Notes under the pieces: generated by a model
Told to the model about the DNA's origin: nothing
Database searches by the model: none
The model's input: the letters and a program-made list of their open reading frames with translations, nothing else
Shown: positions 26,370 to 35,568 of the stretch, piece after piece
How the letters are laid out: each line of letters opens with the position of its first letter
Position numbering within the stretch: position 1 is the stretch's first letter
Made by a program: the position numbers and the translations under genes
Source: Phototrophicaceae bacterium
Lineage (GTDB): Bacteria; Chloroflexota; Anaerolineae; Aggregatilineales; Phototrophicaceae
Assembly: GCA_965223965.1 (NCBI GenBank)
Contig: CBDCXX010000002.1
Span: 56,132 to 120,131 of the forward strand
Length of the DNA stretch: 64,000 nt
Direction: 5' to 3'

Positions 26370-27653
26370 CTACACTCCAAGAAAAGCTTTCATATCTTCA
26401 AGCTCGCCCTCTATGAAGCTTGCAAGGCCGCCTTCGACTTGCCCGTTTTCGTTCACTTGCTGACGCTGGAACTTGGACTCTTTTCCTTCCTTGGTAACCA
26501 GATACATGGCCAAGTCGTCCGGGGAGTGTATGCCCTCGGCAACAAGCGCCAATAGAGACATGACGAACTGCTCGCTGTGGGTCGAGATTATCAGGCGCTT
26601 GTCGCCATTTTCTCCCACTATATCTGCCAACGCCCGCGCCAGCCTCCGAATGGCAGAGGGGTGAAGATGGATTTCCGGCTCTTCGATGCACACGACGCCT
26701 GCATCGGGGTGAAGCGCCTTCGCAAGCATATACACCAGTTGGTTGACGCCAAAACCTTCGTTCACTAGCGACGCGCCTAGCCCAGTCTTTCTGTCTATCG
26801 AGTCCAGGGAAAATTGATTGGAGCTTGAACCTATATCTGCCCTGATATGAAAATTCCTGTTCAGTATCATTTCCATGTGCTGGTTAACTGCATATTCAAG
26901 ATGCCTATTAGTAGCAAGCAGGTCGGTTACTTCTCGTTCGATAGGAGGGGTATATTCGCCATGCCCCTGATTACCCAGAGAGTACCAAGGTTGAAAAAAT
27001 CCCCTACCTAGTGGAACAAAACTTACCCCTCGTAACTCTGCTGAGGGCAGGTTCAGCATTTCGATTGCTGTCTCTGATACATACTCTAGGTCAGGCGGTA
27101 GCCGTGCCTCATCATCATAAGGCGAGGGTGTAATGTCTTCGGTACTTATGCCGTTCCATTGGAAGATTTTATCGGACTGACTCACGCCAAATAATTCGTG
27201 ATTTCTTCTTTTGTCAAGGTAGTTGACTGGCAGCATCGCCCTCAGCATATCTTTACTGAACTCAGGAACATCTCGGTTCTCTTCTGTGATTCCGATTCGA
27301 AAAGAGCCAGAAGCATCGTTCAGACAAGCAATCCTATAGTCTATCTCCGTCTCAATAACAAAGCCATTGGTGCCTGAATTCTCATTAGGAGATTCTATTG
27401 TTATGCCTAACTCCAATTCATTGTTCGTATTGTGGTCGAAGACAACCTCTTCAAACGCCCCCAAACTGGTAAATCCATAGTTGAAGAACTCTTGAATATG
27501 TTGAATAGGATTGTTAACTATATTCTTCAGCGTCAGCGGCGCATATAGCGCGCTGGACTTGCCTGTGCCGTTATGACCGTATAGCACGGTGATAGGCGCA
27601 AGTTCCAGGTCCAACTGCTTTATGGAGCGGAAGTTCTTGATGTGGAGTTTCAT
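26370..27653 (-). CDS. ABC/SMC-like AAA ATPase (AAA_21-type, defence-associated style)
   Basis: ATG 27653 inside track ORF 26370-27773 (MKLHIKNFRSIKQLDLEL). Walker A GHNGTGKSS, signature-like NEGFGVNQL, Walker B VVCIEEPEIHLHP, H-loop STHS. Confidence 0.7.
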   Translation of the reverse strand: MKLHIKNFRSIKQLDLELAPITVLYGHNGTGKSSALYAPLTLKNIVNNPIQHIQEFFNYGFTSLGAFEEVVFDHNTNNELELGITIESPNENSGTNGFVIETEIDYRIACLNDASGSFRIGITEENRDVPEFSKDMLRAMLPVNYLDKRRNHELFGVSQSDKIFQWNGISTEDITPSPYDDEARLPPDLEYVSETAIEMLNLPSAELRGVSFVPLGRGFFQPWYSLGNQGHGEYTPPIEREVTDLLATNRHLEYAVNQHMEMILNRNFHIRADIGSSSNQFSLDSIDRKTGLGASLVNEGFGVNQLVYMLAKALHPDAGVVCIEEPEIHLHPSAIRRLARALADIVGENGDKRLIISTHSEQFVMSLLALVAEGIHSPDDLAMYLVTKEGKESKFQRQQVNENGQVEGGLASFIEGELEDMKAFLGV

Positions 27654-27750
27654 TGCGGGGCCCCTCATACACGGCTTGTCGCCACCACTTTGTCCGGGCA
27701 GGCGCTTAAAGCCAACCTCATCTAGCATATCACCTGGCATTGGAACTCGC

Positions 27751-28545
27751 TCACACCTGCGATGTGACCTCACCCGCCGTGGCGGTGTGCAGGCTGCCGT
27801 CTGACAGGCGCACCAGCAGGTTGCCCTGCTCGTCCACGGACTCTGCGACGCCTTCGATGACCTCGTGCTGCGAGCGCAGGCTTATCGCGCGGCCCAGCGT
27901 GTCCAGCATTTCCGACCAGTCGGTGGTCAGAGACATACCTGAACGAACTGCTGTGTAAGCGTCATCGAAGTGTTCCAGCAATGTCTGGAGCACCGGCGTT
28001 CGGTTGCGACGCTGCCCGGTTTCACGGTAGAGGCTGGTCGAGATGCCGGCGATCTCGGCGTAGAGTGAGGGATCGAAGTTGACATTGACGCCGATGCCTA
28101 TGATGGCGCAAACGGAGTCCTCGTCCTCGATGGCAGTCTCGATGAGGATGCCTGATATCTTCAGCCCGCCCACGCGCACGTCGTTGGGCCACTTGATGGT
28201 GGGCTTCAGATCCGCAGTGTCGGCAACCGTGCGCGCAACGGCAAGCGTCGCGGCCATATTCATGTACGGCAACTGCTTCGCAGTAGGAGTCAGAATGACC
28301 GAGAAGGACAGGTTTTCGCCGCGCGGCGACACCCATGGGCGGTTGAAGCGCCCCCTGCCTGCCGTCTGCTCCTCGGCGATGACCACCGTGCCTTCCGGCA
28401 TGCCCTCTGCCGCAAGCCGCCGCGCCTCGTCCATCGTAGAGCCGATGATGTCGTAGTGATGGATACGACGGCCGATGATGCGGCGCGAGAGCGCGCTTTC
28501 AAGCGCGGGGATGTCTAGGTCTGATGCGTGGGCGGCGTCTGGCAT
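27751..28545 (-). CDS. birA: Biotin--[acetyl-CoA-carboxylase] ligase (no N-terminal HTH)
   Basis: 264 aa. GRGRFNRPWVSPRGENLSFS and KWPNDV motifs, C-terminal SH3-like domain. Confidence 0.85.
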   Translation of the reverse strand: MPDAAHASDLDIPALESALSRRIIGRRIHHYDIIGSTMDEARRLAAEGMPEGTVVIAEEQTAGRGRFNRPWVSPRGENLSFSVILTPTAKQLPYMNMAATLAVARTVADTADLKPTIKWPNDVRVGGLKISGILIETAIEDEDSVCAIIGIGVNVNFDPSLYAEIAGISTSLYRETGQRRNRTPVLQTLLEHFDDAYTAVRSGMSLTTDWSEMLDTLGRAISLRSQHEVIEGVAESVDEQGNLLVRLSDGSLHTATAGEVTSQV

Positions 28546-28601
28546 GCGCAGGATGATACTTGCGGCTTTCGCGGCGTGTCAAGCGGGGTTTGGCGAGGGC
28601 T

Positions 28602-29819
28602 TCAGCGTCTTCCTAGCAGTCGGCGCAGTTCAGCCATCGCCGGATGAGTAGTTGATACCGCGGACGGCATTTTCTCGTAGCGTTCGAGCAATTCCGACTC
28701 TGAGAATCGCTGCGGCCAGTCTAGGTTGAGTGTGAAGTTTCCCTGGTCATCAATGAGGATAGCCCCTAGTTCCGATAACCCAAGTACATCTCTAAACGCC
28801 GCTCTCTCAGGATATTTGAGGTCTTTATAATGTGGAAACAAAGTCGCATATGTAATCGAACCACCGTCTATTAAAATATCCAAGATTTGAAGCTGTCGTT
28901 CTACTAAAACCCGGCGGCGCGGACTACGCAACTGGCCGAAAAGTGACCGAGCGAACTCGCGGAACAAGATGCGACGATGGTTTTCAGCGATTTCATCAGT
29001 CAGCGAGTTGCATCTGTCGATTATTGCTCTGAGCGCAAACAACAAAAACGGCGTGATATTATGCCCGTTCTGCCGCGACTGATATAGCGATGCCAGATAC
29101 TCGTCCTTATGTTCGTAGTAATAGTTCGAGAGGCTGACCATAACCACATCGTTGACATCAGCGCGCCGTAGCATAAATGCCTCAAGCGCGCGCGCAGTGC
29201 GACCGTTGCCATTTCCGAAAGGATGCATTGCGCCGATGTGGTAATGTACAGCAACGGCTTGGATAATCGGGTCGTGCTGGCCGAATGAGCCTGCAATAGC
29301 CAAACATAAGCCGTGGAAGGCAGTCTGGCACTCGCTGCCACCTCCAGCGCCCCGACAAGTTGGCGTTCCGAATGTTACATTCCATCCGTCGGGACGCAAT
29401 GCCCCTGGTTCACAGTGGTCATCGTCGCAGCCGGCTACAATTCGTTGATGGATCTCCCTGATGAACTCGGAAGTTACAGGGCGTTCCGCAGGTTGCGTTT
29501 GCAACCAGCGATAGGTGGCATCAGCACATTTCAACTGTCGCTGGGAATGGGTAAGACCAGATTGCTGGGGTGATGCCGAGGAAAATACCTCGTCCTGTTC
29601 GCGTTGAGTGAACTCAGCGCCTTCTATGCGCGAAGTTCCCGCTGCTTCCAGCCGCAGTTGTTCCTCGTGAGCTTGCTCAATCCATTGGTGCAAGTAAGGC
29701 ATTTGCCGCAGGACGGCTGCGGCAGTTTTCGCCTCAACTAGAAGATTGAACACAGCTGATGGATCGTAGCGTATCCAGTGGTGAGGGATGATGTATCGCC
29801 TGACATTTTCGGATGTCAT
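28602..29819 (-). CDS. Fic family protein with an N-terminal auto-inhibitory motif (class II-like)
   Basis: 405 aa. Fic motif HPFGNGNGRTAR. TSRIEG matches the (S/T)xxxE(G/N) inhibitory helix and lies N-terminal to the core. Confidence 0.85.
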   Translation of the reverse strand: MTSENVRRYIIPHHWIRYDPSAVFNLLVEAKTAAAVLRQMPYLHQWIEQAHEEQLRLEAAGTSRIEGAEFTQREQDEVFSSASPQQSGLTHSQRQLKCADATYRWLQTQPAERPVTSEFIREIHQRIVAGCDDDHCEPGALRPDGWNVTFGTPTCRGAGGGSECQTAFHGLCLAIAGSFGQHDPIIQAVAVHYHIGAMHPFGNGNGRTARALEAFMLRRADVNDVVMVSLSNYYYEHKDEYLASLYQSRQNGHNITPFLLFALRAIIDRCNSLTDEIAENHRRILFREFARSLFGQLRSPRRRVLVERQLQILDILIDGGSITYATLFPHYKDLKYPERAAFRDVLGLSELGAILIDDQGNFTLNLDWPQRFSESELLERYEKMPSAVSTTHPAMAELRRLLGRR

Positions 29820-29855
29820 TTCAAGTTCATTTCGGCTTCATTTCTGGCTCATTTC
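29816..29855 (-). promoter_or_regulatory. Four 11-nt phased GAAATGA repeats abutting the fic start codon
   Basis: TCATTTC (plus strand) at 29816, 29827, 29838 and 29849. More copies lie at 29899-29920, and an inverted copy at 29946-29952. Confidence 0.5.
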
Positions 29856-29955
29856 ACAAATTCGTACTTGAATTGTACATTTTCGCGGGTTTTATTTCCA
29901 TTTCATTTCGCGTTCATTTCGTTTTTGTTTCCTGTTGAATTCACCGAAATGAGCA

Positions 29956-30906
29956 CTACGCCTCCAGCGCGTCCGCGTCCGGCTTGGCTATCCGCACCTC
30001 TACATTGCCGGCGCGTTCTTCTTGCAGGCGCATCGCCACGCGGGAGTCCAGGTCTGCCCAGCCGCGGTTGAGGGCTGCGGTCAGCTCTTGGTGCGCGATG
30101 TTGCCGACGCTCATGGGAACGCCGTACTCGCGGCCGAGTTCAAGCGCAAGGCTGACGTCCTTGTGTGCGAGACGCAGCGCGAAGCTGGGCGGGTCAAAGT
30201 TGCCCGCGAGGAATGTGTTCGGGTATGTGTTTGCGAACGAGCTGCCGCGACCGACCGAGCCGTTGGAGATTGCCTCAAAGAGCGGCTCCGGGTCCACGCC
30301 CGCCTTGACGCCGAGCGTGAGGCATTCGGCTACGATGGTCTGCAAGCCGTAGCCGATGCAGTTGTGCATCAGCTTGGCGATGCTGCCGGAACCTATGGGC
30401 CCGATGTAGCTAACCTTGTCGCCAATGGCGTCAAGCGCGGGCTTGACTCGCTCGTACACTTCACGGTCGCCACCGACCATAACCGCAAGCCTGCCGGTGC
30501 GGGCGCCGACCGGCCCGCCGCTCACAGGCGCGTCCAGGACGCTGACGCCTTTCGCCGCGAATTCATCAGCGATGCTGCGAATGAGCGTGGGCGAGCTTGT
30601 GCTGAGGTCGATATAGACCTTGCCTTCCGTGCCGCTCTCCCCCATGCCCTCGCCCATGCCTTCTAAAATACCGCCCTCTCCGAGCGCGATTGCTTCGACT
30701 TCGCGTGGACCCGGCAGCGATGTGAGCACGATGTCGCAAGCGGCGGCGAGTTCTGCGGGCGTGTCTGCCCACGATGCGCCCGCCTCCAGCAGCGGAGTCG
30801 CCGCCTCGCGCCGCAGGTCATGCACTGTCAGGTCATGTCCGGCTCGCAGAACATTCGCCGCCATGCCGCCGCCCATGTTGCCAAGTCCGATGAATCCGAT
30901 GTTCAT
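29956..30906 (-). CDS. NAD(P)-dependent 3-hydroxyisobutyrate dehydrogenase family oxidoreductase
   Basis: 316 aa. MNIGFIGLGNMGGGMA Rossmann start and the family-typical DAPVSGG. Contains a GMGEGMGE duplication. Confidence 0.8.
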   Translation of the reverse strand: MNIGFIGLGNMGGGMAANVLRAGHDLTVHDLRREAATPLLEAGASWADTPAELAAACDIVLTSLPGPREVEAIALGEGGILEGMGEGMGESGTEGKVYIDLSTSSPTLIRSIADEFAAKGVSVLDAPVSGGPVGARTGRLAVMVGGDREVYERVKPALDAIGDKVSYIGPIGSGSIAKLMHNCIGYGLQTIVAECLTLGVKAGVDPEPLFEAISNGSVGRGSSFANTYPNTFLAGNFDPPSFALRLAHKDVSLALELGREYGVPMSVGNIAHQELTAALNRGWADLDSRVAMRLQEERAGNVEVRIAKPDADALEA

Positions 30907-30978
30907 TCCACTCTCCTTGTTGATCCGATTTCAGAGATATAGCCACGATAGGCACACAGAATATGTTAGATTAGGGCT

Positions 30979-31689
30979 ATGGTAGAGCCTGTGGTGTTGT
31001 ACAGCAAGAGCGGCGCGGTGGCGCATATTGTGCTGAACCGTCCGAGGGTGATGAACGCCTACAATGTGCAGATGCGCGATGAACTGTTCTTCACGCTGGA
31101 GGCGGTGCGCGACGACCCGGATGTGCGCGTGGCGGTGATTAGCGGCGCGGGCGCACGCGCGTTCTGCGCCGGCGCGGACCTGACGGAGTTCGGCGCTGCG
31201 CCCTCGCAGGTCATCGCGCGGCAGGTGCGGTGGGAGCGCGATATATGGGGCCTGTTTCTGTCGCTGCGAAAACCTCTGATTGCCGCGATGCGCGGCTATG
31301 TAATCGGCTCCGGGGTGGAGATTGCCTGCCTCTGCGACATCAGGATTGCCGCCGATGACGCGCAGTTCGCCATGCCGGAAGTTGCGCTTGGCATGATACC
31401 CGCCGCGGGCGGAACGCAGACGCTGCGCCGCGTCGTTGGCGCGAGCAGGGCACTTGAAATGGCGCTGTCCAACAGGCGCGTCGGAGCGGAGGAGGCGAGG
31501 CGCATAGGACTGGCGCATAATGTTGTGCCAGCCGATGCGCTGATGAATGAGGCGGATAAGGTCGCTCATCGTCTTGCCGCTCTCAATCCCACTGCGCTCG
31601 CGCTCGCCAAGCGCGCCATCCTTGAGGGCATGGACATGCCGCTTGCAGCCGGGCTGGAACTAGAGCGCCGACTTGCCGCTCAGGTGTAG
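30979..31689 (+). CDS. Enoyl-CoA hydratase/isomerase (crotonase) family protein
   Basis: 236 aa. AFCAGADLTEF and GSGVEIACLCDIRIA oxyanion-hole motifs. Confidence 0.8.
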   Translation: MVEPVVLYSKSGAVAHIVLNRPRVMNAYNVQMRDELFFTLEAVRDDPDVRVAVISGAGARAFCAGADLTEFGAAPSQVIARQVRWERDIWGLFLSLRKPLIAAMRGYVIGSGVEIACLCDIRIAADDAQFAMPEVALGMIPAAGGTQTLRRVVGASRALEMALSNRRVGAEEARRIGLAHNVVPADALMNEADKVAHRLAALNPTALALAKRAILEGMDMPLAAGLELERRLAAQV

Positions 31690-31772
31690 GCCGTCGGCGC
31701 TTAAAAGTCAGTAGAATGGAAAATTCGGACGGGTTATTGACTGACATGCCGAAATGCTGACATACTGACACC

Positions 31773-32468
31773 ATGACTACCGTGCTTGTCGTTGAGGACG
31801 AAGAGAACCTGCTTGAAGCGCTCAGATATAGTTTGGAGCGCGAGGGCTACGCTGTGGAAACGGCGATTGACGGCGAACAGGCTCTTAATGCGGCGCGCTC
31901 CACACGTCCTGATCTAGTGATTCTCGATGTGATGCTGCCGCAGCTTGACGGCTTCGAGGTGTGCCGCATCCTTCGCCGTGAAAGCGATGTGCCCATCATG
32001 ATGCTCACGGCGCGCGGCGAGGAGATTGACCGCGTCGTGGGACTGGAACTAGGCGCGGACGACTATGTTACCAAGCCGTTCAGCATCCGCGAACTGATGG
32101 CGCGCGCGCGCAACATGCTGCGCCGCTCCGCGCGCTCCGCATCCTCGGGCGGAGACGCCGTCGATGTGGACATCCTGCGCGCAGGCGACCTCGAAATCGA
32201 CAGCACCAGCCACATGGTGCGACGAGGCGGCTTGCGGCTGGAACTCAAGCCGCGAGAGTTCGACCTGCTTACGTTGCTCGCCAAGAATCGCGCACGCGCC
32301 TTCACCCGCGATCAGATTCTCGAACGCCTCTGGGGGCACGACTACTATGGCGACAGCCGCACCGTTGATGTGCATATCCGCTGGCTGCGCGAGAAGATAG
32401 AGCCTGAACCGAGCAAGCCCGTCAGAATCGTTACGATCCGCGGCGTAGGATACCGCTTCGACGGATGA
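31773..32468 (+). CDS. OmpR/PhoB-type response regulator
   Basis: 231 aa. Receiver domain (VLVVEDE, DLVILDVMLP) plus winged-helix output (RTVDVHIRWLREKIE, IRGVGYRF). Overlaps the kinase gene. Confidence 0.9.
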   Translation: MTTVLVVEDEENLLEALRYSLEREGYAVETAIDGEQALNAARSTRPDLVILDVMLPQLDGFEVCRILRRESDVPIMMLTARGEEIDRVVGLELGADDYVTKPFSIRELMARARNMLRRSARSASSGGDAVDVDILRAGDLEIDSTSHMVRRGGLRLELKPREFDLLTLLAKNRARAFTRDQILERLWGHDYYGDSRTVDVHIRWLREKIEPEPSKPVRIVTIRGVGYRFDG

Positions 32469-34255
32469 GGCTGCCCCGATCGCTCCACTGGCGCATCGCC
32501 CTAGCTTATACTGCGCTTATTTTCCTGAGCCTGGGCATCGTAAGCCTGTATCTCGTAAGTTTCGTGCGCGATACATACATCGCCAACTTGCAAGCCAGCC
32601 TGGACAAACAGGCTCGCTTAGTGAGCGACAGTGTGAGCGAGAAAGGGACCATTATTCCAATTGCTTTCACCGAGCAGGCGGAAGTCGAATTGCAAGCCTT
32701 TATATCGAGTATCGGGCAGATTGCGAGCGCGAGAGTTACCCTCATAGGGGCCGATGGCAGAGTTGTCGCGGACAGCCTGCAATCGCCTTCGCAACTTCCA
32801 TCACAGCTTGGACGCAGCGAGGTGCGCGCCGTACTATCACAGGACAGCGCCAGCAGTGTTGGCATCGGCTCGCCCCTTGACGGTAGCTTCGACGAAGAAA
32901 TGTTGTATGCCGTAGTGCCGATTGCAACCTCAGTAGGCACAGGCGGCGTTGTCGGCGCGGCGCGGGTTGCAGTTCCGTCCTCGCAAGTGCAGCCCGACAT
33001 CAACCGCATCATCGTCAGCATAGCCGTTGCCGCAGCGCTAGTAGGCCTGCTGTCCGTCGGCGCCGGATACTTCCTGTTTCGCCGCACATCACGCTCCGTG
33101 CGCGCTGTGGCAGAGGGAGCGAATCGGTTCGCGCAAGGAGACCTCGGACATCGTGTAGCTGCTGCGTCCTCCGATGAGACGCAGGAACTCGCTGTGGCGT
33201 TCAACAGCATGGCAGACACCATTCGGAGTATGCTGAGCGACATGTCGGCGGAAAGCAGCAAGCTGACGGCGATGCTGGATACAATGGAAGACGGTGTGAT
33301 GGTGATAGAGGCGGACGGCAGGATTACATTGATGAACAGCGCCGCAGAGTGGATGCTGGGAGTGGGCGCCGGAGATGCAGTAGGCGCGCGTCTCGTCGAG
33401 GCGCTGCGCGACCACGAGATTCAGCAAGTGGCCGCCTTGTCGCTTAGCTCCGGACGATTGCAACAGGCTGAGGTCGAACTGCTGACGCAGCGACGCTTCC
33501 TGAATGCCATAGCGACCCCACTCGGTGGTGGGGGTACCAGCGGTATCCTGCTTACATTGCACGACCTGACTACCGACCGGCAAGTGGAAAATACCTTGCG
33601 CGAATTTGTCACAAATGTCTCCCATGAGCTTCGCAGCCCTCTGGCGTCAGTGAAGGCTATGGTAGAGACTCTGGATGACGGCGCGCTGGATGACGGACGC
33701 GCGGCGCGCGACTTCCTGAGCCGCATCAACCGCGAGGTTGACCGAATGAATGCTATGGTCGAGGACCTTCTGGAACTCTCGCGCCTTGAGAGCGGACAGC
33801 AACAGCCCAGCCTGACGCCGCTCAACCTGTCTGAGCTGGTGTCCGAGGTCGTGTCTGAGTATCGAGACAGGGCGAACGGCGTGGATTTTCGCGCCTTTTT
33901 GCCACAGTCGCCGGCAATCGCGCTGGGGGATTACGGCAAGCTGCGGCAGGCGCTGGTGAATCTGCTGGACAACGCGCTGAAAAACACGGAAGCGGGCAGC
34001 GTCGAAGTGTCCATCGAAGCAGGAGAAGGCATGCACTATGTGCGTGTGCGGGACACCGGCGCGGGCATAGCGCATGAGCACCTGCCGCATGTGTTCGAGC
34101 GTTTCTACAAGGTTGACCGCGCGCGCCGCGACGGGGGCAGCGGATTGGGGCTTGCGATAGTGCGGCAGATTGTGCAGGCGCACGGAGGCGAAGTCAGCGT
34201 GGAGAGCGAGGAGGGCAGGGGCAGCGCCTTCAGTTTCAGCGTGCTGCGGCACTAA
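32465..34255 (+). CDS. Sensor histidine kinase (extracytoplasmic domain, HAMP, PAS, HisKA, HATPase_c), PhoR-like
   Basis: 596 aa with two TM segments. H-box SHELRSPL, N-box LLDNALKNT, G-boxes RDTGAGI and GSGLGL. Pho assignment is inferred from the pstCAB-phoU neighbourhood. Confidence 0.85.
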   Translation: MRLPRSLHWRIALAYTALIFLSLGIVSLYLVSFVRDTYIANLQASLDKQARLVSDSVSEKGTIIPIAFTEQAEVELQAFISSIGQIASARVTLIGADGRVVADSLQSPSQLPSQLGRSEVRAVLSQDSASSVGIGSPLDGSFDEEMLYAVVPIATSVGTGGVVGAARVAVPSSQVQPDINRIIVSIAVAAALVGLLSVGAGYFLFRRTSRSVRAVAEGANRFAQGDLGHRVAAASSDETQELAVAFNSMADTIRSMLSDMSAESSKLTAMLDTMEDGVMVIEADGRITLMNSAAEWMLGVGAGDAVGARLVEALRDHEIQQVAALSLSSGRLQQAEVELLTQRRFLNAIATPLGGGGTSGILLTLHDLTTDRQVENTLREFVTNVSHELRSPLASVKAMVETLDDGALDDGRAARDFLSRINREVDRMNAMVEDLLELSRLESGQQQPSLTPLNLSELVSEVVSEYRDRANGVDFRAFLPQSPAIALGDYGKLRQALVNLLDNALKNTEAGSVEVSIEAGEGMHYVRVRDTGAGIAHEHLPHVFERFYKVDRARRDGGSGLGLAIVRQIVQAHGGEVSVESEEGRGSAFSFSVLRH

Positions 34256-34302
34256 GCCTTCCGAAATATATTTGAGCGGTCCGAGAACGGCTTTGAAGGC
34301 GA

Positions 34303-34515
34303 TTAGAACAACTCGCGCGCAATGCCTATCACCAAGGCTGTTAAGATTGCGCCTCCGACGCCCAAGATTGCGTAGAGTACAAGGTCAATCTTGGCGCTCA
34401 TGGCGCGCGCGTCTTGACGCATGTCGATCTGCCCTTGTGTAAGGTATTCGATTGCGGTTTCTACGCTTGAGATTCGTTCTTGTTCGCTTGCCATCAAATC
34501 TTCCCTAACACTCAC
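34303..34515 (-). CDS. Small coiled-coil protein with C-terminal TM anchor
   Basis: 70 aa. Polar or helical N-terminus, then LVLYAILGVGGAILTALVIGI. Same architecture as 23650-23853 and 59081-59281. Confidence 0.45.
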   Translation of the reverse strand: MSVREDLMASEQERISSVETAIEYLTQGQIDMRQDARAMSAKIDLVLYAILGVGGAILTALVIGIARELF

Positions 34516-34676
34516 TGAGGTATTTCGAGTGTATTTTCATTATCGGTATGATAGAGCGCCTTTGTCAACGCCCCTTGAATAGTGGCATTCTCAATGTGTG
34601 TTGGTATTTGGAAACCAGCATAGTCAGCGAGCGCGGGAATGACGATTTGGAAACCAACGCATACTGAGAATACCGG

Positions 34677-35136
34677 CTAGAGGTTCTCTCCAAGCGCCAC
34701 AGAATTTCCCCATTCCGCTACATCGGAAGGGTCCAGCCGAGTAATCCCCGGCAGTCTGTCGAAGTCAGTATCCGCGGATATAATGCAGTTCTGCCCCCAA
34801 TCGCTGCATTACTGCTGCATGCACGAGGTCTCGTGTGCTGACGTGAGGGTGATGGTCTGCCAGGCGCACCGCGAGAAGTATGTCCTCCTCGTAGATGGGT
34901 TCGATGCGGTCATGCATGACCTCTGCGAAGGAGCGAACCACATGCCTGCCAAGCTCCCATCGCCTTGAAGTAAGGTAGTGATGCACAAGTTCCTGTAGAA
35001 CTTCGACATTAGTCACGAACGCGAACGGCGACTCGGCGACAATTGTCAGAACACGAGCGCAGGGTTCTTTGTAGAGATGTTCTCTGCCGGAGGCGTAGAT
35101 GGGAATGTTAGTATCAATGAATACCGCCGGGCTCAT
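34677..35136 (-). pseudogene. vapC: VapC-type PIN toxin, interrupted by a +1 frameshift in a G5 run
   Basis: ATG 35136 (MSPAVFIDTNIPIY...). The frame stops at 34765 after ...MQRLGAELHYIRGY. The next frame reads QNCIISADTDFDRLPGITRLDP..., the conserved VapC C-terminus, down to TAG 34679-34677. The shift is at C5/G5 34794-34798. Confidence 0.7.
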
Positions 35137-35195
35137 GTGCCTTCTCCAACTCACGCGAGAGCGTGGCAGCATCTGGAAGATGTTCTACATTCAGA

Positions 35196-35363
35196 TTAGA
35201 CCAATCTTTCGACGGCTTCCATACGACGCCTACGCATGACATCTTCATAGGCGTCATCTATCAATCGGCGCACTACCTCGGAGATTGGCATACCCCGCTC
35301 TGCGACAAGTTCTTCTAGCCGTCGCCTCCGCTCAGCATCAAGTCGTACATCCAGTCTAGGCAT
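35196..35363 (-). CDS. Ribbon-helix-helix (CopG-like) antitoxin, VapB
   Basis: 55 aa, below the track cutoff, hand-translated: MPRLDVRLDAERRRRLEELVAERGMPISEVVRRLIDDAYEDVMRRRRMEAVERLV. A second frame continues LNVEHLPDAATLSRELEKAHEPGGIH to 35114, overlapping the vapC start, so this gene may also carry a frameshift. Confidence 0.55.
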   Translation of the reverse strand: MPRLDVRLDAERRRRLEELVAERGMPISEVVRRLIDDAYEDVMRRRRMEAVERLV

Positions 35364-35505
35364 ATCCCTTCCTCATTGCGCGGATAAGTTTGTACGGATA
35401 TAATCATACAGCACAATGTATTTCTCATCAACCACCCCACGCGTCGTAGCCAATTGCATCGATTCCTGCCCCTGTCTTCAGAGGGGTGACAACGAACCGC
35501 CTTCA

Positions 35506-35544
35506 TTAATGGAATGTTAAAAATCCGTTCACTGATGCTTAAAC
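35506..35544 (+). promoter_or_regulatory. Candidate Pho box: four TT(A/C)A-type hexamers at exact 11-nt phasing upstream of pstC
   Basis: TTAATG 35506, TTAAAA 35517, TTCACT 35528, TTAAAC 35539. The last ends 25 nt before ATG 35569. OmpR-family regulators bind direct repeats with about 11-bp periodicity. Confidence 0.4.
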
Positions 35545-35568
35545 ATTGCGGAGTATCGTTGTTCGTGT

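Noticed and set aside
30622-30660. GMGEGMGE insertion in the 3-hydroxyisobutyrate dehydrogenase-family protein (a short tandem duplication of the cccatgcc-containing unit on the plus strand).
   Set aside because: It is a short in-frame duplication in a surface loop between the Rossmann strands. It is probably neutral slippage and not a separate feature.
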